Positions 17,955-25,988 are shown, counted from the first letter of the stretch. The stretch: 35,460 nucleotides of DNA from an uncultured virus (IMG/VR IMGVR_UViG_3300011867_000002) (IMGVR_UViG_3300011867_000002:186001-221460), one strand, 5' to 3'. Made by a program: numbers and translations. Notes: generated from the letters alone by a model not told the origin.

Positions 17955-18353
17955 TCAGGCGTCAACTAAATCTTCTTCCTCCCTTCTACGTTCGACCCAG
18001 GCACGCGGTTCGTCTTGCTCCTCGCGGTGCTCCAGGGCTTTTTCCAATGCCATGACTTTGACCCGGTCGTAAGCACGGCGCTCACGTGGGATTTCCGGTG
18101 CGTGATACGCCGAGACGATCACGGGGGTATTCAGAAAGTCTGGCCGATTCTGACGCACGACAGCCAGCAGCGACGGGTACATCACAGCATGCACCGTGGG
18201 ATCGACCACGTGGTTTGGTTTGTCGTGGTGCTCGGTCTTTTTGTAACCGGCGTCCAGCAGGGCTTTGCTCACGATGGCGCCCATGATGTATTGTTCCGAC
18301 TTGTTTCCGCCTTCGATGATGACATCGACTTCGTTTTGGATTTGCTCCGACAT
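17955..18353 (-). CDS. Paralog family A member 6 (132 aa)
   Basis: VDVIIEGG...IVSKALLDAGY...PSLLAVVRQNRPDFLNTPV, RBS AAAGGA. Confidence 0.82.
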   Translation of the reverse strand: MSEQIQNEVDVIIEGGNKSEQYIMGAIVSKALLDAGYKKTEHHDKPNHVVDPTVHAVMYPSLLAVVRQNRPDFLNTPVIVSAYHAPEIPRERRAYDRVKVMALEKALEHREEQDEPRAWVERRREEEDLVDA

Positions 18354-18383
18354 TGCTACTTCCTTTCAGTGACGATCAATAAC

Positions 18384-18412
18384 AAAAAAACTAGGGAGGG
18401 GAACTCCCTAGT
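18384..18412 (-). terminator. Intrinsic terminator inside the array
   Basis: ACTAGGGAG/CTCCCTAGT stem followed by a T-run on the minus strand. Confidence 0.75.
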
Positions 18413-18428
18413 GATACTTCGGTACTAC

Positions 18429-18890
18429 CTAAAACGTTGTGACTTGGAGGTTGGTCATGCCTTCACTTCTGGCAAAATCAACCAACCGTTTGATGCTACC
18501 TTTGGCGTCGTCGACTGACCTTAACGCAGCGCCTTTGTAAATGCTAAGAAGCTGAAGACGGTCACGGAGATCAGCAATATCTTTCTCTGCTTGCGTGCGC
18601 TCAGTGACGGAAACGTTGATCTCTTCGTTGTACATGAAGGTTTCAAAGTTCGGCTGAACTTCTTTGATGCGGTCGAGAAGGCTGGGGGGTGCACCATCTC
18701 GGGCCGCATGTGCTTGTCGTGCTCGCTCAGCGTTGATGGAACCTACATCGTCGTCTTCGCTGTAGTTGGCGTTGCTACCGTAGTCCATGACACCCAAGAA
18801 TCCTTTGCCAACCAAGAACTCGGAAATCGCTTCCGACAAGATCACCGCTTTTTCACGGTCATCGCTGGCGATAGTGATGTTCGTCGTCAT
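18429..18890 (-). CDS. Paralog family A member 5 (153 aa)
   Basis: MTTNITIASDD.EK...GF..V...PSLLDRIKEVQPNF, 4-nt overlap with the upstream gene. Confidence 0.85.
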   Translation of the reverse strand: MTTNITIASDDREKAVILSEAISEFLVGKGFLGVMDYGSNANYSEDDDVGSINAERARQAHAARDGAPPSLLDRIKEVQPNFETFMYNEEINVSVTERTQAEKDIADLRDRLQLLSIYKGAALRSVDDAKGSIKRLVDFARSEGMTNLQVTTF

Positions 18891-19549
18891 GGTTCCTCCG
18901 TTTCCACTACCCGAAGATGGTTCTTTTTCAGGTTTTTGTCGAGACGCTTTTCCATATCTTTCTTCACGTCTTCGACCACGCTGTCGACGGTGGTCTTTTT
19001 GTTTGGACCAATCTTTCCTTCGGCCGTGAGTTCTTTCGCCGCTTGGCTGTAATGCTTATCGTCCAAGGTTTCCTTCCTCGCGATCGCAATGTCAGCAGCA
19101 CGCATGACGACGAGCACCATGTCGGGATTGTCAGCCCAATAGTCCTGCCGCGGTGGGTAGCCTTCACCCGTGAAGAAGATTTGCATCTCCCCACGCCCTG
19201 TTTTGTCGATGTCGACCTGCGCGAACGATTTCGCCACATTGTGTTCATCGGTATCGGCCCGCCAATAAGGTTCGAGTTCCTTCTCACCGGCCAAGTCCAG
19301 ACCAGCCACAGGGACGGCCCGTACTTCGATCGGGTCTTCCAAGAACGTGGGATACGTCGCTTGGATTTGATCGAGCAAAGACTTGGTTTGTCCCTGTTCG
19401 CCCACAGGCTGAGGTTTGGTGAACGGACGATTGACGTACTTCACATCCGTAAAGCCCTTTTCAGCCAAGGCTTCTTGTATGGTTTCTGCAACCGCCGCTG
19501 ATTTCTTGATGTTGCCACCGGTGACGGTGACGCTGATCGGGATAGTCAT
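18887..19549 (-). CDS. Paralog family A member 4 (220 aa)
   Basis: ISVTVTGG..KK...EALAEKGFTDV...SLLDQIQATYPTFLEDPIEVRAVPVAGLD, 4-nt overlap. Confidence 0.85.
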   Translation of the reverse strand: MTIPISVTVTGGNIKKSAAVAETIQEALAEKGFTDVKYVNRPFTKPQPVGEQGQTKSLLDQIQATYPTFLEDPIEVRAVPVAGLDLAGEKELEPYWRADTDEHNVAKSFAQVDIDKTGRGEMQIFFTGEGYPPRQDYWADNPDMVLVVMRAADIAIARKETLDDKHYSQAAKELTAEGKIGPNKKTTVDSVVEDVKKDMEKRLDKNLKKNHLRVVETEEP

Positions 19550-20289
19550 GGTTGTTTCTCCGTCGCTGCATCGCGGATGCGTTCCGCCGAGATGTCGAGA
19601 TGTACCTTGGTTCGAGCAGCGCTGGCTTCGCGATCATCCCGGATAAGTGCGAGAGTTTCTTCGCTGAGACCAGGTGAGCCGTAGCCAGTTTGGTCAGCGA
19701 TGGCCTCGACTGCACTGGCCAGCACTTTCTCTTTCTCGATATCGTCAAGCGTTTCGGCGAGATCGTAACCGTTTTTGAGCTTACCGGAGCGTTCCATCTG
19801 TCGCGCCGTATTGGCAAGGTCGAGGTGGATGTGTGGATTACCCAACTGTTCGTTGAGCGCTTCCATCACCACCTGTTCCATGCCGGGTACTTTCGACGAG
19901 GTGGCCTGTGGTGCTTGGCCTTCCGTCTTAAACAGCACGACCGTATCGACATGGCCAGGATGAATGCTGTGCTGTTCTGGCACCACGTACGCCAACTGAA
20001 ACTCGGCGTTGGTGTCGACTTTCGTGTCGTCGTAGTTCTGATCGAGACCCATGACCGGAATGGCCCGGATAGCGATCGGTTCCAGCAGGAAGTTAGGATA
20101 GGTATCCTGAATAACTTCCAGAGCCGAGCGCGACTGGTGGACATTGCCGTCGACCGGTGTAGGAAACGGCGCCGGATGCATGCAGGTGACATACTGAAAG
20201 CCACCTTCCATGAGTGCGTTAGCAACGAAGTCACTCACTGTTTGCGATTTTGCGATATCGTCGCTGGTAATCGAAATGTTGACAGTCAT
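19546..20289 (-). CDS. Paralog family A member 3 (247 aa)
   Basis: MTVNISITSDD..KS...NALMEGGF...SALEVIQDTYPNFLLEPIAIRAIPVMGLD, RBS AAGGAGG. Confidence 0.85.
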   Translation of the reverse strand: MTVNISITSDDIAKSQTVSDFVANALMEGGFQYVTCMHPAPFPTPVDGNVHQSRSALEVIQDTYPNFLLEPIAIRAIPVMGLDQNYDDTKVDTNAEFQLAYVVPEQHSIHPGHVDTVVLFKTEGQAPQATSSKVPGMEQVVMEALNEQLGNPHIHLDLANTARQMERSGKLKNGYDLAETLDDIEKEKVLASAVEAIADQTGYGSPGLSEETLALIRDDREASAARTKVHLDISAERIRDAATEKQP

Positions 20290-20298
20290 GACACCTCC

Positions 20299-20769
20299 TT
20301 ACATGTCGTCAACGGCGGTGCCGATCGCTTTGCCCGCCAAGACGTTGGTCATCATGGAACGGCGCTTCTGCGCATCTTGCTCACGCTGTTCGGCAGGTTT
20401 CAGCTTTTTCGGCCGATCTTCGAACAAGTGAACCGTCGTGTGGAACTGATCGCCGAACTTATCCCGACTTCCCGAGAGACGTGACTCGAAAGCCTCTTCC
20501 TCGTCCTCGTCGTCGTAACCATTCACGTCGAGTCCGGCAACCTTGACGGCGTGGACGTTGATGGGTTCAGACAAGAAGTTTGGATAGGTTTGCTTGATCT
20601 CGTCGAGCAGCGAGCCACCACCCGGTTCAGTGGGTGGCGTACGTTCTGGTGCAGAGAAGGTTTCTACCACCTCTTTAAAGCCGGTCAAGACCAGCGCGTT
20701 CGTGACGATCTCACCGATGACTTTCGATTTCTCGACGTCATCGCTCGTGATGAAGATATTGGTTGACAT
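20299..20769 (-). CDS. Paralog family A member 2 (156 aa)
   Basis: Start reassigned to MSTNIFITSDD (RBS AAGGAG). SLLDEIKQTYPNFLSEPINVHAVKVAGLD. Confidence 0.85.
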   Translation of the reverse strand: MSTNIFITSDDVEKSKVIGEIVTNALVLTGFKEVVETFSAPERTPPTEPGGGSLLDEIKQTYPNFLSEPINVHAVKVAGLDVNGYDDEDEEEAFESRLSGSRDKFGDQFHTTVHLFEDRPKKLKPAEQREQDAQKRRSMMTNVLAGKAIGTAVDDM

Positions 20770-20779
20770 GGCGATCTCC

Positions 20780-21145
20780 TTATGCGAAATCTTCGGCCGA
20801 GTAACCTTGGTGTTGTGGTGTGAGGACAAGGTCACCCGGCAGATGCACCGCGATGCCGTCGTCATCGTTGATGGCGACTGCTTGTTCGTTTTCCTTGACG
20901 TCTTCGATGTCTTGCACTGGGATCGACCAGACGCGCACAGCGCGTTCGAGGAAGTCAGGGTGGTTGCGGCGCAGCACGTCAGCGAGCGACTGCACGTCCG
21001 AGCCGATCATTGGTTCGCCCACGGTATTGACGAGGGCCACGTTCGAGTAACCTTGTTCGACCAGTGCTTTCGTGATCACGTTGGACATGAGTTCACGTTC
21101 TTGGGTACCCGCACCCGTGATCGATACGTTGATGTTTTGCAGCAT
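20780..21145 (-). CDS. Paralog family A member 1 (121 aa)
   Basis: NINVSITG...KALVEQGYSNV...SLADVLRRNHPDFLE, RBS AGGAG. Confidence 0.85.
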   Translation of the reverse strand: MLQNINVSITGAGTQERELMSNVITKALVEQGYSNVALVNTVGEPMIGSDVQSLADVLRRNHPDFLERAVRVWSIPVQDIEDVKENEQAVAINDDDGIAVHLPGDLVLTPQHQGYSAEDFA

Positions 21146-21249
21146 GGTGATTCTCCTGGGTTATTCGTGAATTGTGGAATAAAAGAACGCAGAGTATTTT
21201 CTTCCTACTCTATACCTTAGTCAGGTATTTTTTTGCTTTTTTGCCAATA

Positions 21250-21272
21250 GGAAACTCTGTAAATATTTACTG
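21250..21272 (-). promoter_or_regulatory. Candidate promoter/operator motif (CAGTAAATATTTACAGAGTTTCC) heading family A
   Basis: AT-rich intergenic region after a terminator, repeated at 17919-17941, contains an AA....TAC element loosely like the phiKZ middle promoter. Confidence 0.4.
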
Positions 21273-21284
21273 CTGGAAACAAGA

Positions 21285-21314
21285 CGGAATAAAGAGGTGA
21301 CCGAAGCCACCCCT
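21285..21314 (-). terminator. Hairpin (cUUCGg) + TTATTCCG separating families B and A
   Basis: Minus strand AGGGGTGGC-TTCG-GTCACCTCT-TTATTCCG. Confidence 0.75.
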
Positions 21315-21321
21315 GTGTTTC

Positions 21322-22491
21322 TTAGTACGGCCACCACTCCGGTTTTCTCGTCTGCGGACGGCTGTTCCAGTCACGGTACTCTGAATTGAATGGGTAGACA
21401 ATACGTTCGTACGGGACGGGTTCTGCCGACAATGTCACATTAGGCCAGTACTGTTCGATAGGTACCCCTTCTGGCAAATACGCCGTGACCTCGTACTGAC
21501 CAACTGTTGCATCGATCCTATCTTCCCAGAACGGGCCAGCTGGTGGGAAGATAACAGGAGCAATGCGGTCATACGTGGTTTTGAAACGGTACTTCACCCA
21601 ATTGACCTTATTAGGGTCGAAATCACCCAACGCGTCCTTGACCGCTTGGCGGCTTTCAGATGCATCTTCGCCGTACATGATTTCAGTGTACTTGTTTTCC
21701 ACCAACTGTTCTGGTGTACGCGGAGCCAGTGCAGCCGCAGGAATGCGTTCTGCTTCGCCACCACTAACCGGTGCCCACATGCTTTCCATGTGCTTCCAGT
21801 TCTCTTCCAAGTACGCACGTACCTTCGGTTCGTCATTACGACAAACCTTGACCTCTGCGCTCATCGTGAAACCTTTACGCTGAGCGTGATAAATGAATAC
21901 CACATGACCCGTACGTTCGTTATCGTCACCTTTGTAGGTAACAATATCGAGTTCACGATCTCGCTCGTGCCAATCCCAACGGATGAGATAGTTATAGTCC
22001 TTGTCGGCTTTGCCCATCTCATCGATGAACTCTTCCCACGTATCGAAGTTCATCTCGTTGTATTGCGCCTCACCGTAGTAGGAGTGCTTCACTTCCCACA
22101 GGTGACACGGTGGCAAGATCGATGGCTTCTGTGGCGCCGCCGCAGCTTCGCTTGGCACACTGACCTCTTTCTTCACACCAAGGTGGTCAAAGACGACTTC
22201 GATCTTGACAGGCATCAAGCCAGTCTCCATCGAAATCTGTTCTGGGGTATAACCGGCGTGATTAAGTTTTGCCACCGTATCGACCGTGTGTGCATGGAAA
22301 TGGTCGATCACGTTTTCCGTCATCAAACCACGGATGTCGCCGGGCACTTGGTCGTAAACACCTTTCCACTGCGCAACACCGTTGAGGACTTCGAGTAGCG
22401 AGGGTACCTTACTACTGTAGACAGGATTGTCGTCCACAGTGATTTTCAAGTTCTCACCATCTTTCAGTTGATAGTGGCCGAATTTCATCAC
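21322..22491 (-). CDS. Paralog family B member 5 (389 aa): HTH module fused to two further domains
   Basis: N-terminal VPSLLEVL...W...GYTPEQISMETGL, then two Trp-rich domains separated by Ala/Pro linkers. Confidence 0.85.
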   Translation of the reverse strand: MMKFGHYQLKDGENLKITVDDNPVYSSKVPSLLEVLNGVAQWKGVYDQVPGDIRGLMTENVIDHFHAHTVDTVAKLNHAGYTPEQISMETGLMPVKIEVVFDHLGVKKEVSVPSEAAAAPQKPSILPPCHLWEVKHSYYGEAQYNEMNFDTWEEFIDEMGKADKDYNYLIRWDWHERDRELDIVTYKGDDNERTGHVVFIYHAQRKGFTMSAEVKVCRNDEPKVRAYLEENWKHMESMWAPVSGGEAERIPAAALAPRTPEQLVENKYTEIMYGEDASESRQAVKDALGDFDPNKVNWVKYRFKTTYDRIAPVIFPPAGPFWEDRIDATVGQYEVTAYLPEGVPIEQYWPNVTLSAEPVPYERIVYPFNSEYRDWNSRPQTRKPEWWPY

Positions 22492-22850
22492 TCCTCCTTC
22501 GGTTCATGCGTCGCCTGGGCGTGAAACAAATCGTTCAGGCGCCGATTGATGCAATCTTGGGTCATGCCAGTCTTTTCGGCCATCGCTTCCAGATCGAAGC
22601 CAGCCAGATCGAGCTTACGGATGGTATCGGCTGCGACGGTATCGAACTGCGCCATCGCGCAATCGACCATGAGTTCTTGTGCGCCCGGCATGGGTGCGAC
22701 GGCATCGAAGACTTTCCCCCACGCTGCATTTTCCCGGATAACGCCCAGCAGCGTTTTATCTGCGTTGGGATACAGATGGATTGTTTCTCCGCCACCACGG
22801 ACAGTGACCCAACCATCATGGTTCTTCAGTTCACAATCATCCTTGGCCAT
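22488..22850 (-). CDS. Paralog family B member 4, HTH protein (120 aa)
   Basis: Start reassigned to MAKDD (RBS AAGGA). TLLGVI...W..VF...GFDLEAMAEKTGMTQDCI. Confidence 0.82.
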   Translation of the reverse strand: MAKDDCELKNHDGWVTVRGGGETIHLYPNADKTLLGVIRENAAWGKVFDAVAPMPGAQELMVDCAMAQFDTVAADTIRKLDLAGFDLEAMAEKTGMTQDCINRRLNDLFHAQATHEPKEE

Positions 22851-23205
22851 GATCGTTTTCCTTCCGCAGGCGCTTCGCTTCGATCCCGAGCACCTCCATG
22901 GTGTCGAGCACGTAGTTCTTCGACAGGCCCGTGTCGTCAGCGATCTCCTGGTGACCCATGCCTGTTGAAGCCAGTTTATGAACGGTTTCGCACGCCACCA
23001 TGTTGAGCTTGTCTTTCGCATTCTCAATCATGGTCTCGATGTTGTCTTCTGGATCACCGTTTTCCTCCAGTGCCTTGAACACATCGATCCAGCCTTCGCT
23101 TTGACGCAGCACGTCGCCCAACGAAGGTACGACTTCGAGATAGGCGATACTGGTACTGCCTTCCGTCGTTACGTAACGGTTACCACTTTCTTCAGTAATG
23201 ATCAT
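22837..23205 (-). CDS. Paralog family B member 3, HTH protein (122 aa)
   Basis: VPSLGDVLRQSEGW..VF...GMGHQEIADDTGLSKNYV, RBS GGGAG. Confidence 0.85.
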   Translation of the reverse strand: MIITEESGNRYVTTEGSTSIAYLEVVPSLGDVLRQSEGWIDVFKALEENGDPEDNIETMIENAKDKLNMVACETVHKLASTGMGHQEIADDTGLSKNYVLDTMEVLGIEAKRLRKENDHGQG

Positions 23206-23251
23206 TTCTTTCTCCCTGCTATGTTGTTAAACTTCTTTTAAGAAATCAGAA

Positions 23252-23584
23252 TCATCCTTGCCCACCACCCTCCTCTTGACGCACAGCTTCGTTCGCCAGT
23301 GCTTCCAGAGTCTGAATCACACAGTCTTCGGACAAACCAGTGTCGACGGCGATTTCAGTAATGGTCAGGCCGGCCTTGCTGAGCTTGTGCACGGCTTCTG
23401 CTATTGCCGAATTCAACTCGTTTTTGATATTTTCGATCATCGTCTCGCGGGCGACATCTACGTGCTTCACATCCTCAAAGAGATCGCACCACGGTTGACT
23501 GCGTCTGAGGATTTGTCCAAGGGTCGGAACAATCCGCTTCTTCACGTGGATGAGTTTTCCTTGCAGCGTTTCTTCTTTGTCCAT
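23252..23584 (-). CDS. Paralog family B member 2, HTH protein (110 aa)
   Basis: VPTLGQILRRSQPW..LF...GLTITEIAVDTGLSEDCV, RBS AAGGA. Confidence 0.85.
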   Translation of the reverse strand: MDKEETLQGKLIHVKKRIVPTLGQILRRSQPWCDLFEDVKHVDVARETMIENIKNELNSAIAEAVHKLSKAGLTITEIAVDTGLSEDCVIQTLEALANEAVRQEEGGGQG

Positions 23585-23597
23585 TTCTTTTTCCTTC

Positions 23598-23987
23598 TTA
23601 GTATGTCATTTTTTGTAAAGAAGTCTCTGGCCACGGTAAAGGGGAGTAATCGGGTCCTTCGCGCAGTTTCTCCATATCGTGCGACAATGCCCGGACCTTG
23701 TCGATACTGATACCCGTTTCTTCTGCAATTTTCACGTGCGAGTAGCCTACGACTTCAGCATTACGCACCACGTTGGCGACATGATGGTCGAGGTCACGAA
23801 ACTGGTGGGCCATGATGTGTGCTTGGCCGAGTTCGTCGGCGGCCTCAAACATCTTTTTCCAGTTCTCGGTTTTGTTGACGACTTGCAACAAAGAAGGTAC
23901 GGGTTGCAACTGGACATCGATGTTCAATGCAGGAATTTCGATGATCGAAGGAAGTGGTGCGCGATTGTCTTGATACTTGGTAGTCAT
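23598..23987 (-). CDS. Paralog family B member 1, HTH protein (~129 aa)
   Basis: Start reassigned to MTTKY (RBS AAGGAG). VPSLLQVV....W..MF...GYSHVKIAEETGISIDKV. Confidence 0.82.
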   Translation of the reverse strand: MTTKYQDNRAPLPSIIEIPALNIDVQLQPVPSLLQVVNKTENWKKMFEAADELGQAHIMAHQFRDLDHHVANVVRNAEVVGYSHVKIAEETGISIDKVRALSHDMEKLREGPDYSPLPWPETSLQKMTY

Positions 23988-24009
23988 TTCTTTCTCCTTG
24001 GTCATAAAG

Positions 24010-24049
24010 AAAAAAGAGACGTGGAATTACCCACGTCTCTTTTATGCCG
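24010..24049. terminator. 13-bp hairpin after the gp124-like gene, probably bidirectional
   Basis: AAAAGAGACGTGG/CCACGTCTCTTTT with a T-run on the minus strand and TATGCCG on the plus strand. Confidence 0.75.
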
Positions 24050-24050
24050 C

Positions 24051-25988
24051 TTACTTGACCAGCGTGATCAGGTAGCTTTCATCGGCCAGCGCACCGCGCG
24101 TGCACTCGAACACACGGCCGTCCTTCGTACGCATCAGGACGCGAGCAATTGCCAGCGACTTGACGTCCTCGGTTTCATGGCGATCAGCATCGAGGAAGCT
24201 GCCTTTCACCAAATCGTAGAACAGCGGGGTCAGTTCGTACGACAGCTTGACCGGGATTTCATCGCTGACGACGATACCCAGTTCCCACGACAGGCAGTCG
24301 AGGTAGGTCAGGCTGTAGTTCGAGGCCACGAAGGTGATGGCCGGCTTCTGCGTTTCCGGGAACTTCAGGTCACGCAAGATGATGTCGCTTTCCGCTTGGG
24401 CCACGTCGGCACCCAGGACTTGCAGCGTCTTGGCGATGTCGGATTCCTGGGTGCGCAGGAAAGCCGTCTTGACGAGGTCGCCGAACTTGTTCTTCAGGTA
24501 CTCGATCAGTTCGCCGATGTCGTCGTGGAAGTTGCCGATCTCCACTTTCTTCAGGCCCAGCTCATGGAGCACCTTGCGGTTCACCATGTCCGTCATGCGC
24601 AGGTTGACCGTGTTGTACAGCGCGGTCGACATTTCGCCACCCAGGCTGGTCATCTTCTCGCGCAGGCCGAGGAGAGTCTTGGTCTTGACCAGGGCGCGGA
24701 TGGTGTCGCTTTCGTCGCTGTTACCGACGACTGCTTCTGCCACCCGCGCGTAGACGCGGTACACGTCCGGCATGCCGTCGCTACCCGGTTCGATTTGCAG
24801 GCGCGTGAGACCTGCACGCATCCATGCATCGGCTTCGCTGGTAGCGAACAGCCAGTCTGGCGCCACCATGGTTTTGATGGTGGTGACGTCGCCTTCTTGC
24901 GGTTCTTCCAGCACTTCGTCGTTCAGCCGCTTCACGCCAGCATGGATGTTCTGCATGGTCTTGGCAGCTTGCGTGACGTCCAGGAAGTCTGGCACGTTAC
25001 CGAAGACGTTGGGGGTGGCGTGGCGATTGAAGTCCATTTGTTCTTCCTGGGTCTTGAGGGTGTAGTCGGGGAGGGTGGTACCGTTGGCCATGACGAGCAA
25101 CGAGGCGTTCCAGACCTGCGGGTCGTAGGCGTAGAAATACGCTTCGGTCGACAGGTTCGGTACCCAGTTGCTTGGCAGCGCTGCCACGGATGGCACAGCG
25201 CTTTCTTCCAGCGGTGCTTGGACAGCTGCTGCGACAGCTTGCTGCGCATTGTCCGGTGCATTGTTCCACTGCGAGTACGTGGCCGACGCCGGTGCCGGTT
25301 GCGCGGCCGGTGCTGGCGTATTGCTGGTCTTGCCTGCGATTGGCTCGAAGATACTCGAACCACCCGTGAAGCTGTTGTTGCCGCCGCCGGACTGGCCGTC
25401 AGCGTAGGACGTAACCGGGGCGTAACCGTGCGATTGCGCACTGCCGTTGAAGTGGCTGTTCTGTGCCTGCTGGTAACCACCATGCTGGCCGCGCAGCTGG
25501 TTCATGAAGTTCTTCAGGATGTTGGCCGTGTTGTCGAAGTTCTGGATGGTGGCCTGGATGGCGTTGCGCATGTTCGGGTCACCCAGGTACTGTTCCAGCA
25601 CACGGTATTCACGCACGTTGGCCGCCGTGAAGTAGTCGTGCACCAGTTCCGTGGCCTTGTCGACAGCCACATCCGGCGCTGCGCGTTCTTGCACCATGAT
25701 GTACGTTGCCAGTTCGATGGCCATCGTCGACATGGCATCGAAGTACGCATTGCCGAACTGGTTTTCGCCAGCCATGTTGAACACGGTACGGCGCAGAGCG
25801 TTCTCGTCCGCAGCTTGTTGAATGCGGGCCGCGAGCGTGCCGCAGATGAGTGGCATCCATTGCCCCATTTGCGGCAGCGGCGGCTGGATGTTTGGCACGT
25901 ATGGTGGTGCGTGTGGATTGATGCTCAGGTAACCCCAGTAACGCTGATTGGGGTCGAAGCGCAATTGATTTTGGGCGGTAGTAAACAT
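24051..25988 (-). CDS. Conserved phiKZ-like protein downstream of the nvRNAP subunit (gp124-like), function unknown
   Basis: 645 aa, synteny, strongly biased codons, central Q/N/A/P-rich disordered linker, RBS AGAGGAAAG. Confidence 0.72.
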   Translation of the reverse strand: MFTTAQNQLRFDPNQRYWGYLSINPHAPPYVPNIQPPLPQMGQWMPLICGTLAARIQQAADENALRRTVFNMAGENQFGNAYFDAMSTMAIELATYIMVQERAAPDVAVDKATELVHDYFTAANVREYRVLEQYLGDPNMRNAIQATIQNFDNTANILKNFMNQLRGQHGGYQQAQNSHFNGSAQSHGYAPVTSYADGQSGGGNNSFTGGSSIFEPIAGKTSNTPAPAAQPAPASATYSQWNNAPDNAQQAVAAAVQAPLEESAVPSVAALPSNWVPNLSTEAYFYAYDPQVWNASLLVMANGTTLPDYTLKTQEEQMDFNRHATPNVFGNVPDFLDVTQAAKTMQNIHAGVKRLNDEVLEEPQEGDVTTIKTMVAPDWLFATSEADAWMRAGLTRLQIEPGSDGMPDVYRVYARVAEAVVGNSDESDTIRALVKTKTLLGLREKMTSLGGEMSTALYNTVNLRMTDMVNRKVLHELGLKKVEIGNFHDDIGELIEYLKNKFGDLVKTAFLRTQESDIAKTLQVLGADVAQAESDIILRDLKFPETQKPAITFVASNYSLTYLDCLSWELGIVVSDEIPVKLSYELTPLFYDLVKGSFLDADRHETEDVKSLAIARVLMRTKDGRVFECTRGALADESYLITLVK

